This document shows, piece by piece, positions 21,333-29,703 of a DNA stretch of 64,000 bases. Source of the DNA: a virus (Duplodnaviria; Heunggongvirae; Uroviricota; Caudoviricetes). The notes under the pieces were generated by a model. That model had not been told where the DNA came from. It did not search any database and saw nothing but the letters and a program-made list of their open reading frames with translations. How positions within the stretch are numbered: the stretch's first letter is position 1; every line of letters begins with the position of its first letter. Position numbers and translations under genes: made by a program. The stretch lies in IMG/VR virus record IMGVR_UViG_2713896909_000009, positions 32,001 to 96,000 of that record, one strand, 5' to 3'.

Positions 21333-22234
21333 TGCTTAGCCTCTCCACCAAGGGCATTTACCAGAGCATCAACCAGGCACGAAATTTCACTGGTCAACAG
21401 GAAGAAATCTGCGTCCAGTCGCTGCGCAACATCTTCACTATCAATATCAGAGTTCTGCTCAAGCAATTCATCCGCAAATTTGACGCTGGTAAGGCTGAAG
21501 TTATGGTCCAGTGTAAATTTAATGCGGTTCTGCCAGTCGAGTGCCAACTTAGTGACGAGCTTGCCAGCTTCCAGGTGTGTGGAAATTTCATCGCTTCCCA
21601 AATCCTGCTTTTTCACTCGGGCAATACCGCCATCCTCAAGCACTGCCTTAAGTTCTGCCGCATCCCCCATTTGAAATCCCTGTGGAGCACTACCATCACG
21701 TACCCAGTCGGTCAGCGTTAATTCAATGGGATTTTCAACACTTAGGGGAACAACAGGAAGAGAACCCAGAGACTTACGCATAAGTGCGAGCATATCCTCT
21801 GCCTGCCGCGCGCAGGCATTGATATAGATACGTTTAGTTGAACGATCGTAGATCGCCTGGATAACAGAAAACTTTGAAAAAGCCCGTGGCAGAAGAGAAT
21901 GCAGAACTTCGTCTTTCAGGGAATCCTTTTCTGTTTTCTTCAGTTTACGCGCTTGTTCTTGCTCAAGTTTTTCAATTTTTTCTTGAATAGCTCGCTGGAT
22001 AACCGGCAGGGGAAGAATTTTTGTTTCGCGCTTTGCTTCAACAAGGATAAAACCATTTCCATGCATAGCGATAACTTCGGAATTATCACCAAATGGCGAT
22101 ACAAAACCGAACTTGGCCATATCCTGACTACCGCATGGCGTGAAAAGGATCATTTTCTTTTTATCTTCTAAGTCGGTCAGATCCGCCTCACGAGAAAGTT
22201 TATAAATAGTAATGTTTTTCCAGTGCTTAAACAT
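21329..22234 (-). CDS. hrdC: RdgC-family recombination-associated protein
   Basis: Collinear with E. coli RdgC from [16 protein letters not shown] ([28 protein letters not shown]); start set at internal ATG 22232-22234 with RBS; stop overlaps dmt start. Confidence 0.85.
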   Translation of the reverse strand: MFKHWKNITIYKLSREADLTDLEDKKKMILFTPCGSQDMAKFGFVSPFGDNSEVIAMHGNGFILVEAKRETKILPLPVIQRAIQEKIEKLEQEQARKLKKTEKDSLKDEVLHSLLPRAFSKFSVIQAIYDRSTKRIYINACARQAEDMLALMRKSLGSLPVVPLSVENPIELTLTDWVRDGSAPQGFQMGDAAELKAVLEDGGIARVKKQDLGSDEISTHLEAGKLVTKLALDWQNRIKFTLDHNFSLTSVKFADELLEQNSDIDSEDVAQRLDADFFLLTSEISCLVDALVNALGGEAKQ

Positions 22235-22583
22235 GTTGTAACCCTTGAATATCAACCACAGAAAGCTCGTCTTTGTAGAAAAAGGCCAAGTTGTGGCCCC
22301 CCCTCGTTTGAGCGTATGAGCTGGGACCAATTTCGTTCTTCCAGACAAATGGCTTCAAATCCGTACGGCGAAGCATAAAAACGCGATTTGTTCCGCTCTG
22401 ATTCCCAATGAGGCAAAAGCCTTCTTTCACCTTGATAGCCTGCAAGTTGTCGAGTTCACCGCTGGTTACACGGCTATCGAACTCCTTGCGGCTTATTAGC
22501 TCCATCTGCATCTGACGACTCCAAACAAATGCCCATTGAAGGGCGATGGCTGAATGGTACCGAAAACACGACATAAAAAACAA
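22227..22583 (-). CDS. Hypothetical protein upstream of hrdC
   Basis: ORF track 118 aa; TTG start; operator-like site at its 5' end. Confidence 0.4.
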   Translation of the reverse strand: MFFMSCFRYHSAIALQWAFVWSRQMQMELISRKEFDSRVTSGELDNLQAIKVKEGFCLIGNQSGTNRVFMLRRTDLKPFVWKNEIGPSSYAQTRGGHNLAFFYKDELSVVDIQGLQHV

Positions 22584-22599
22584 TATTTATTAGTGCAAT
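22583..22599 (-). promoter_or_regulatory. C1-operator-like site (15/17)
   Basis: ATATTTATTAGTGCAAT. Confidence 0.45.
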
Positions 22600-22680
22600 T
22601 TTGTAGTAAGTAAACGCCATACAGACCACAAATAACCTAAGTTAAAATAACGAAAATCAGAGCAAATCATTGGTGATGAC

Positions 22681-22965
22681 GTGGCAAGTATTGCAACAAA
22701 AGACAGCATTTGTTCGGGGCACGGAGGATTCCCATCCAGGCCTCCTGTAGAGAGTGAACCACTACTTAAAGTCAACGGAGTCGAAGTGTTAGTTGATGGT
22801 AAGCAATATGCACAGCATACCGATGGAAACAGTACGCACGGTGGGCAAGCTATATCAACCAGGGCATGGTTTACCGTCAATGGTAAAGGGGTCGTATGCG
22901 TTGGTGACCCTGTTTCATGCGGTTCTACCGTAGCGTCAGGAGACGGCCTAGTTCAGGTAAGTTAG
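22681..22965 (+). CDS. Small Cys/Gly-rich protein, possibly PAAR-like spike-tip protein
   Basis: ORF track 94 aa; GTG start; repeated GD, VNG, CG elements. Confidence 0.35.
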   Translation: MASIATKDSICSGHGGFPSRPPVESEPLLKVNGVEVLVDGKQYAQHTDGNSTHGGQAISTRAWFTVNGKGVVCVGDPVSCGSTVASGDGLVQVS

Positions 22966-22973
22966 GAGATATC

Positions 22974-23762
22974 ATGCTGGAAAAAGACTACCAGTTATCC
23001 GCATATAAAAAATTGGCCGCAGCCGGTGGGATGAAAACACCTGGCGCCATAACATCGGCACGAAACAGTGCTAACACGGCAAAACAGCTTGCAGAAGAAT
23101 TGATCGGATTAATTTTGGATACAATTGTCTATCCCGACACTATTACCAGCTATGTTTCAACGATCAGAACAACCACAACCGGCTTAACGAACATTGGAGA
23201 ACTGGCAACTAAGCACGCGGACCTGTTGGCTGGTTATGCAGATCTGTCAATGCTGCTTCAACTCAATATTGGTTGGGATGTTTACTGCCGTGCTAATGAG
23301 CGAGAAGTATCAGAACTGCCGATCTCTATTGCCATTGGTGATGTGACTATTACTAAATCGCTTGAGGACGCTGTAAACGCGCTTAATACATCAAGTTTAG
23401 TCACTGCTATGGGGGAGATTAACCAGACCCTTAACACTGGCTCAGGAAGCTCGTCAGGCTCTGGTTCAGGCGGCGGCACTGCCACTCCCCCACCAGCACT
23501 AACAGAAGAGCAAATTGAATCTCTGAAAGTAGCAACTGAACAGTTTGGGGTTGTTTTCAACCAGACAACAGCGCCCACAACTGCGTTACAACAGCAGTAT
23601 GAACGAGCGAATGAAAGCGCCAACGTAGCCATAACTGCTTATAACCATGCTATCGGTACCGCGCTTGCGGAAGCATCAGCAAATAAGGCCAGCACAGCCA
23701 GCGCAGTCGCCGCTTTGGTTCCTGATTCTGTTCTTGATGAATTAAACAAAGCGGCACGGTAA
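22974..23762 (+). CDS. Hypothetical protein
   Basis: ORF track 22917-23762; start moved to ATG 22974 preceded by AGGAGA; Gly/Ser-rich linker. Confidence 0.55.
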   Translation: MLEKDYQLSAYKKLAAAGGMKTPGAITSARNSANTAKQLAEELIGLILDTIVYPDTITSYVSTIRTTTTGLTNIGELATKHADLLAGYADLSMLLQLNIGWDVYCRANEREVSELPISIAIGDVTITKSLEDAVNALNTSSLVTAMGEINQTLNTGSGSSSGSGSGGGTATPPPALTEEQIESLKVATEQFGVVFNQTTAPTTALQQQYERANESANVAITAYNHAIGTALAEASANKASTASAVAALVPDSVLDELNKAAR

Positions 23763-23801
23763 CAAAGGACTTCATTGATAATTTTTCTTCAGGAGGAAGA
23801 C

Positions 23802-24224
23802 ATGTCATTCTTTTCTACGTTAAAAACAGCTTTGTCTTTGAAGGAGAAACTTGCTGCTACTGGTGTTCTTGTTCTGATTTGCGCACTTGTTGGTGCTGGG
23901 TTTGCATGGGAACGTCATCAGCTAAAGCAAGCCATGGAGAAAATTGGCAGTCTTGATCAGGCTGTTAAGGAACGTGATAAGTCAATAATGGATCTTAACC
24001 AGACCATTGAGACGATGAACAAAGCAGAGCAACATTTTCACAGCCAGGCAGTGAAAAATGAATCAGAACAAGCCAAGTATGCTGACAGGCAAATGGAACG
24101 AAAAGCTGAAGTTCAGAAACAACTTGTTGCGGCGGGTAATGTTCGCCAGCGCATTCCTGCTGACACTCAGCGGTTGCTCCGGGAGTCGATCAGCGAATTT
24201 AACGCCGACGCCGACAAAGATTAA
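23802..24224 (+). CDS. Membrane-anchored coiled-coil protein (i-spanin-like)
   Basis: ATG 23802 after AGGAGGA; N-terminal TM segment ATGVLVLICALVGAGFAW then predicted coiled coil. Confidence 0.4.
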   Translation: MSFFSTLKTALSLKEKLAATGVLVLICALVGAGFAWERHQLKQAMEKIGSLDQAVKERDKSIMDLNQTIETMNKAEQHFHSQAVKNESEQAKYADRQMERKAEVQKQLVAAGNVRQRIPADTQRLLRESISEFNADADKD

Positions 24225-24390
24225 TCACCCTGCCCCCAAAAGTGCGTTTATGTGCAGGATGCCAGAGTTTAGCAGTGAATATTTTGATGATCTGCCAGCC
24301 TATATCCTCGATACAGAAACGATGTTGATGGGGATTAACAGGAAGAATCGCAACGTTAATGATTACAACCGCGCTATCAGCGGTAACTAA
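24139..24390 (+). CDS. Lipoprotein precursor overlapping previous gene out of frame (o-spanin-like)
   Basis: MFASAFLLTLSGC lipobox followed by Pro/Thr-rich segment; ORF track 24058-24390. Confidence 0.4.
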   Translation: MFASAFLLTLSGCSGSRSANLTPTPTKINHPAPKSAFMCRMPEFSSEYFDDLPAYILDTETMLMGINRKNRNVNDYNRAISGN

Positions 24391-24401
24391 AAGGGATTTT
24401 T

Positions 24402-24794
24402 ATGTCTGATAAAGTAACAGTAAAGCAAACTATCAACAAAGCGACTTCAATCTACAAAATTGAGCACATCACAGTTGGCAAGCCAGGATCTGAACAATAC
24501 CGTCATGCTTTCGAGCTTGCCGATCAGCTTGGTTTAAAACACCCGGATTGCATCGAGCATGTATTTCCGACCTATGCTGATGAGCAATGTACTCATGTTC
24601 TTACCGAAGAGGATTTTTTCAGCACTGAAGAACGAGAAGGCGTTGATCGCTGCATTGGTGTGATTTGTTCTTCGGTAAGTGATGAGTTATTCCCTAATGT
24701 GCCTGAATATGGTGGTATTGGATACCAATTCCTGTACGGGGGCGATGAGCTTAAATGCTATGAACATGGTCTTCTCATCGAAAGCGTAGAATAA
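24402..24794 (+). CDS. Hypothetical protein
   Basis: ORF track 130 aa. Confidence 0.55.
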   Translation: MSDKVTVKQTINKATSIYKIEHITVGKPGSEQYRHAFELADQLGLKHPDCIEHVFPTYADEQCTHVLTEEDFFSTEEREGVDRCIGVICSSVSDELFPNVPEYGGIGYQFLYGGDELKCYEHGLLIESVE

Positions 24795-24808
24795 TACAGC
24801 TTCCTTCC

Positions 24809-24833
24809 AACCGGCTTTGTTGGCCGGTTTATT
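24809..24833 (+). terminator. Rho-independent terminator
   Basis: AACCGGC-TTTGTTG-GCCGGTT then T-run. Confidence 0.55.
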
Positions 24834-24837
24834 CAAC

Positions 24838-24846
24838 TTATCCACA
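24838..24846 (+). promoter_or_regulatory. DnaA box (TTATCCACA) at plasmid origin
   Basis: Perfect consensus 9-mer adjacent to GATC cluster and iterons. Confidence 0.55.
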
Positions 24847-24851
24847 GCATA

Positions 24852-24908
24852 GATCCAATAAACAGATCCAAAAGAGAACCCTAGAAGATCCAAATAAGAT
24901 CCCGGATC
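24852..24908. repeat. Cluster of five GATC sites (four AGATCC heptamer-type repeats) of oriR
   Basis: GATC at 24852, 24865, 24887, 24898, 24905. Confidence 0.55.
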
Positions 24909-24949
24909 GCTGCAGGCCGCGCCATGTCTGGCCTGAAACGTGATCAACA

Positions 24950-25056
24950 TTGACTATATGCGATTTTATGTTGACTGTACACGATTTATTGTTGACTACA
25001 CGCGATTTTATGTTGACTATACGCGATATAAACATTGACTGTACGCGATTTTAAAG
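24950..25056 (+). repeat. incC-type iterons (5 direct repeats, about 21-bp period) of the plasmid origin
   Basis: TTGACTATATGCGATTT-like units starting 24950, 24971, 24992, 25013, 25035. Confidence 0.8.
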
Positions 25057-25129
25057 CCTGAATATTCACAGCTGTTGATAACAGCCATCCAAATTGACGT
25101 CAGGTCGCGCCACACATGGAGAAACTACG

Positions 25130-26014
25130 ATGCCGGAAGAAAGTAAAGGCTTCCTTAGCGTTGAAGAAGTTGCAGGAAATACAGGAGAAATCCACAGCCT
25201 GAAGCCCAATAACAACAGCACTATACAACCCATTGCTTTGTTGCGTTTAGGTGTGTTTGTGCCAACCTTAAAATCTACCAATGTGGCGCTACGTCGCGGA
25301 TCGTCAGTTACAACAAACACAACGAACGCAACCGAAGAACTATCAAGCCTCAAAATTGTTGAGCAGGAAGGCTATGAGGGAATTGAAATTCATGGTCCAC
25401 GCTTGGATATGGATACTGATTTTAAGGTGTGGGTGGGCATAACCTCCGCGTTGTTTGACTACGCACCTGATGATGACGGTATAATCACCCTGCCATTCTC
25501 CGAGTTTGCCGATCGATGCGGCTATCCACGTAAGCGCCTTTCAAAGGCGTTCCGTAAAAGTATTGATGACTCTCTGACACGCATTCAGCAGACAGTTGTC
25601 AAATTCCGCTTCCCGGCGGCAAAAGGTCATCTCAATAACATTAACGTCAACTTGTTGGCATATAGCAGCCTGAATACCGAGCTTGATGTTATCGAGATCC
25701 AGCCGCAGAAACAGCTATCTGAACTTTACTATGTTGACTATAAGCGAATCCTGAAGCTGAAGATGCTGGATAAGCTCGGGCGCAAAGAGACGGCCAAGGT
25801 ACTGTATACATTCTTTGAGGCTCTACCCGCCAACCCGGCACCTGTCAGCATTGAGCGCCTTAGAGCAAGGCTTAATCTCAAATCATCCGTTAGCGTGCAA
25901 AATAGCGTTATCAGAAAAGCCATGAAAGATTTGGAAGCTATTGAATATCTTAAATTTTCAGAGATAAAAAACGGCAGGAAAATCGGCTTCCAGATCCATA
26001 AGCGCAATCCATAA
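25130..26014 (+). CDS. repA: Iteron-binding plasmid replication initiator RepA (P1/P7 RepA family, diverged)
   Basis: ORF track 25094-26014; start placed at ATG 25130 (GGAG upstream); GPRLDMDTDFK and flanking iterons. Confidence 0.8.
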   Translation: MPEESKGFLSVEEVAGNTGEIHSLKPNNNSTIQPIALLRLGVFVPTLKSTNVALRRGSSVTTNTTNATEELSSLKIVEQEGYEGIEIHGPRLDMDTDFKVWVGITSALFDYAPDDDGIITLPFSEFADRCGYPRKRLSKAFRKSIDDSLTRIQQTVVKFRFPAAKGHLNNINVNLLAYSSLNTELDVIEIQPQKQLSELYYVDYKRILKLKMLDKLGRKETAKVLYTFFEALPANPAPVSIERLRARLNLKSSVSVQNSVIRKAMKDLEAIEYLKFSEIKNGRKIGFQIHKRNP

Positions 26015-26015
26015 T

Positions 26016-26285
26016 ATTGACTATATGCGATAGCGAGAAGTTGACTATAGACGACATTCGTTGACGCTGGTGGATTTTTGCTGGCGTCAATATTCTGCAA
26101 GTCGCTATTGAGATGGCTTTTAGGGTCATTTCATCGCGTATAGTCAACGTTTCTCCCGACAATATCTTACATAGTCGATCTTTGGTGGAGTTAAATCGAT
26201 TACAGTCAACTTTTGACTGTAGTCACATCGCGCATAGTCAACTATTCACATTAACCTTCGCGCATAGTCAACATTTGCGCGGTTC
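26016..26285. repeat. incA-type iteron array (about 9 copies, both orientations)
   Basis: TTGACTATA / TATAGTCAA-containing units repeated downstream of repA. Confidence 0.7.
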
Positions 26286-26306
26286 TCATCAAGCAGTGGT
26301 ATTGAT

Positions 26307-27116
26307 ATGCAAGAAGAGAAACAACACTACCTCTACGTTCTGGTGCCGGAGAACGGAGATACTTTTAAAATCGGCATTTCATGTGGTCCATTGGCACGGT
26401 TTAAAGGGCTACAAGTGAGTCCCGATTTTGCGCTTTCACGGGTCTATCGTGGTACGCGTTTGGCAATGGTTAATCTTGAGCGGGCTTTACACGCAACCTT
26501 TTTCCCCTGGAATGCGCCGTGGGAGAAAAGCGCCGGTGGCGGGCATGCTGAATGGTTTACACGAGAGTGTCTTGATAAGGTTTTGGCTCATATCGAATAT
26601 CTAAATGATATGTGGGGAGTGATTCTCGAGCGCATTAAGTCGAATGATTTACTTCAGCGTCCAGTAGATGCTGCTCGCTCTTTCGAAAAAGAACTGGATG
26701 TTACTTCTATCGTGACTTTCAAAGATGACGCAGGAATGAGGGACGTGGCTTATGTCTCCATATCTGGCTATGACCCGGACGCGATCCGCGCTCAATGTGA
26801 ATTGCTGAAAGCAATGTTTATGCTTCGGACTAAATATCCCTGGGAGACAGGGCGGGTGTGCTTCCCTATGGAAGAGTTAACCGCCACCATTGATTCCCAG
26901 CTTTACCACGATAATCCAGAGAAGTTTTTTAGCCTTTTAACCGGTAATGGGCTTAACTGTGTGTCCGGGCTGGGGCGAAGTAGAATCCAACATGCCTCGC
27001 TCTTCGGTCCCTTCTTTTACGATCGACACGGGTACTTTGAGGCTGAACTTCCGGCGCTTACGCGTGCTATAGATACTATCGATTTCGAACGATTATTCGC
27101 TGCTCTTAGCAAATAA
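26307..27116 (+). CDS. T5orf172 (GIY-YIG-like) domain protein
   Basis: ORF track 269 aa; YLYVLVPENGDTFKIGIS...LHATFFPW...AEWF matches T5orf172 pattern; not part of the P1 repA-parA interval as recalled. Confidence 0.5.
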   Translation: MQEEKQHYLYVLVPENGDTFKIGISCGPLARFKGLQVSPDFALSRVYRGTRLAMVNLERALHATFFPWNAPWEKSAGGGHAEWFTRECLDKVLAHIEYLNDMWGVILERIKSNDLLQRPVDAARSFEKELDVTSIVTFKDDAGMRDVAYVSISGYDPDAIRAQCELLKAMFMLRTKYPWETGRVCFPMEELTATIDSQLYHDNPEKFFSLLTGNGLNCVSGLGRSRIQHASLFGPFFYDRHGYFEAELPALTRAIDTIDFERLFAALSK

Positions 27117-27123
27117 CACTGAT

Positions 27124-27145
27124 GCCCCTGAACGGGGCTTTTTTG
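27124..27145 (+). terminator. Rho-independent terminator
   Basis: GCCCC-TGAAC-GGGGC then TTTTTT. Confidence 0.6.
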
Positions 27146-27284
27146 TGCCCTCCTTGCAACGCTCAATCGTGCAAAATGAACTAAACATGCAGAGAATACT
27201 ATGTACAAGCATCTACGCATACATTATTATTTTATGTAGCATTTTTAATTAAATTCAAAAATACAGCATAAAGGATGACTTTCG

Positions 27285-28481
27285 ATGAGTGATTCCAGCC
27301 AGCTTCACAAGGTTGCTCAAAGAGCAAACAGAATGCTCAATGTTCTGACTGAACAAGTACAGTTGCAAAAGGATGAGCTACACGCGAACGAGTTTTACCA
27401 GGTCTATGCGAAAGCGGCACTGGCAAAATTGCCTCTACTGACTCGAGCGAACGTTGACTATGCCGTAAGTGAAATGGAAGAAAAGGGTTATGTTTTCGAT
27501 AAACGCCCTGCTGGCTCTTCAATGAAATATGCGATGTCAATTCAGAACATCATTGACATATATGAACATCGCGGAGTGCCAAAATACCGGGATCGCTACA
27601 GCGAAGCGTATGTGATTTTCATCTCCAATCTTAAAGGCGGTGTGTCAAAAACTGTATCGACGGTTTCTCTGGCGCATGCAATGCGTGCTCACCCTCATCT
27701 TCTGATGGAAGATTTAAGGATTCTGGTTATTGACCTTGATCCGCAATCTTCAGCAACGATGTTTTTAAGCCATAAACACTCTATTGGTATCGTAAACGCA
27801 ACATCTGCACAGGCTATGTTGCAGAATGTAAGCCGTGAAGAGCTGTTAGAGGAGTTTATTGTTCCTTCTGTTGTACCTGGGGTTGACGTTATGCCTGCGT
27901 CGATTGACGATGCCTTTATTGCATCCGATTGGAGAGAGCTATGCAATGAGCATCTACCGGGTCAGAACATCCATGCAGTCCTGAAAGAAAATGTGATTGA
28001 TAAGCTCAAGAGCGATTATGACTTTATCCTTGTTGATAGTGGTCCTCACCTTGACGCCTTCCTGAAAAATGCTTTGGCCTCGGCCAATATACTGTTTACA
28101 CCTCTGCCACCAGCAACGGTCGATTTCCACTCATCGCTTAAATACGTTGCCCGCCTTCCTGAGTTGGTGAAACTCATTTCGGATGAAGGCTGCGAGTGCC
28201 AGCTTGCGACTAACATTGGTTTTATGTCCAAGTTGAGTAACAAGGCAGACCATAAGTATTGCCATAGCCTGGCGAAAGAAGTTTTCGGTGGGGATATGCT
28301 CGATGTCGTCCTCCCTCGCCTTGATGGTTTCGAACGCTGCGGTGAGTCCTTTGACACTGTTATTTCTGCTAATCCGGCAACGTATGTTGGTAGTGCTGAC
28401 GCACTGAAGAACGCGCGCATCGCCGCTGAAGATTTTGCAAAAGCAGTTTTTGACCGTATTGAATTTATCAGATCTAACTAA
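27285..28481 (+). CDS. parA: Partition ATPase ParA
   Basis: ORF track 398 aa; deviant Walker A KGGVSKT; N-terminal HTH region; matches recalled P1 ParA. Confidence 0.9.
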   Translation: MSDSSQLHKVAQRANRMLNVLTEQVQLQKDELHANEFYQVYAKAALAKLPLLTRANVDYAVSEMEEKGYVFDKRPAGSSMKYAMSIQNIIDIYEHRGVPKYRDRYSEAYVIFISNLKGGVSKTVSTVSLAHAMRAHPHLLMEDLRILVIDLDPQSSATMFLSHKHSIGIVNATSAQAMLQNVSREELLEEFIVPSVVPGVDVMPASIDDAFIASDWRELCNEHLPGQNIHAVLKENVIDKLKSDYDFILVDSGPHLDAFLKNALASANILFTPLPPATVDFHSSLKYVARLPELVKLISDEGCECQLATNIGFMSKLSNKADHKYCHSLAKEVFGGDMLDVVLPRLDGFERCGESFDTVISANPATYVGSADALKNARIAAEDFAKAVFDRIEFIRSN

Positions 28482-28497
28482 GGAGTAAGAAAACGCC

Positions 28498-29499
28498 ATG
28501 TCAAAGAAAAACAGACCAACAATTGGGCGAACCCTTAATCCTTCAGTATTAAGCGCATTTGATAGTTCCTCTACCTCTGGTGATCGGGTTGAGCAGGTAT
28601 TCAAGCTATCAACAGGTCTCCAGGCCACATTCATTGAGGAGGTAATCCCTCCGAACCGGGTAGAAGGTGATACCTTTGTTGATCAGCATAACAACGGACG
28701 TGATCAGGCAGCTCTTACACCAAAATCATTAAAAAGCATCAGAAGCACCATTAAGCATCAGCAATTTTATCCAGCAATAGGTGTTAGACGGGCTACAGGA
28801 AAAATTGAAATTTTGGATGGTTCCCGGCGTCGAGCTTCGGCCATCTTAGAGCACGTTGGATTGCGGGTTTTAGTCACGGATCAGGATATCAGCGTTCAGG
28901 AAGCGCAAAATTTAGCGAAAGACCTTCAGACAGCATTGCAGCATAGCATTCGAGAAATAGGTCTGCGTTTGATGCGAATGAAAAATGATGGAATGAGTCA
29001 GAAGGATATTGCCGCTAAAGAAGGTCTATCTCAGGCGAAGGTCACGCGTGCTCTTCAGGCTGCGAGCGCTCCGGAAGAATTAGTCGCTCTTTTCCCTGTG
29101 CAGTCGGAATTAACCTTTTCGGACTACAAAACGCTTTGCGCTGTTGGCGATGAAATGGGGAATAAGGATTTAGAGTTTGATCAGCTTATTCAAAACATAT
29201 CCCAGGAAATAAACGACATCTTATCCATTGAAGAAATGGCCGAAGATGAAGTGAAAAATAAAATCCTTCGCCTGATAACAAAGGAAGCCTCGTTACTCAC
29301 GGATAAAGGCTCTAAAGATAAGTCTGTAGTTACTGAATTATGGAAATTTGAGGATAAAGATCGTTTCGCAAGGAAGCGTGTGAAAGGCCGTACCTTTTCC
29401 TATGAGTTTAATCGTCTCTCCAAAGAGTTACAGGAAGAACTTGACAGGATGATTGGGCATATCCTTAGAAAGAGCCTCGATAAAAAGCCGAAGCCTTAA
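28498..29499 (+). CDS. parB: Partition centromere-binding protein ParB
   Basis: ORF track 333 aa; matches recalled P1 ParB; followed by parS. Confidence 0.9.
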   Translation: MSKKNRPTIGRTLNPSVLSAFDSSSTSGDRVEQVFKLSTGLQATFIEEVIPPNRVEGDTFVDQHNNGRDQAALTPKSLKSIRSTIKHQQFYPAIGVRRATGKIEILDGSRRRASAILEHVGLRVLVTDQDISVQEAQNLAKDLQTALQHSIREIGLRLMRMKNDGMSQKDIAAKEGLSQAKVTRALQAASAPEELVALFPVQSELTFSDYKTLCAVGDEMGNKDLEFDQLIQNISQEINDILSIEEMAEDEVKNKILRLITKEASLLTDKGSKDKSVVTELWKFEDKDRFARKRVKGRTFSYEFNRLSKELQEELDRMIGHILRKSLDKKPKP

Positions 29500-29502
29500 A
29501 CT

Positions 29503-29592
29503 TTCGCCATTGAAATTTCATTTGTAACCATCTGTTTTTAAAGTAAATTCATCTAAAATTTCAAGGTGAAATCGCCACGATTTCACCTTGGA
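29503..29592. promoter_or_regulatory. parS centromere (ParB box A ATTTCAC-type heptamers and box B TCGCCA hexamers around an AT-rich bend site)
   Basis: TCGCCA at 29504 and 29574; ATTTCA/TGAAAT heptamers at about 29514, 29557, 29567, 29582. Confidence 0.7.
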
Positions 29593-29655
29593 TTTTACCC
29601 TCCTCCCCTATCCCTACAAAAAATAAAAAAATTACTTTTCGCGAGAAAGTCAACA

Positions 29656-29673
29656 AGTGACTTTTAATAAAAT
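29656..29673 (+). promoter_or_regulatory. Putative late promoter element (degenerate copy)
   Basis: AGTGACTTTTAATAAAAT about 30 nt upstream of capsid gene start. Confidence 0.3.
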
Positions 29674-29703
29674 CTCTTCCGAAAAGGGATTCACACAAGT
29701 GCC

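Noticed and set aside
22590-22880. 96-aa minus-strand ORF overlapping the start of the PAAR-like gene
   Set aside because: It overlaps an operator-like site and a plus-strand gene start, with Cys/Ser-rich composition and no RBS.
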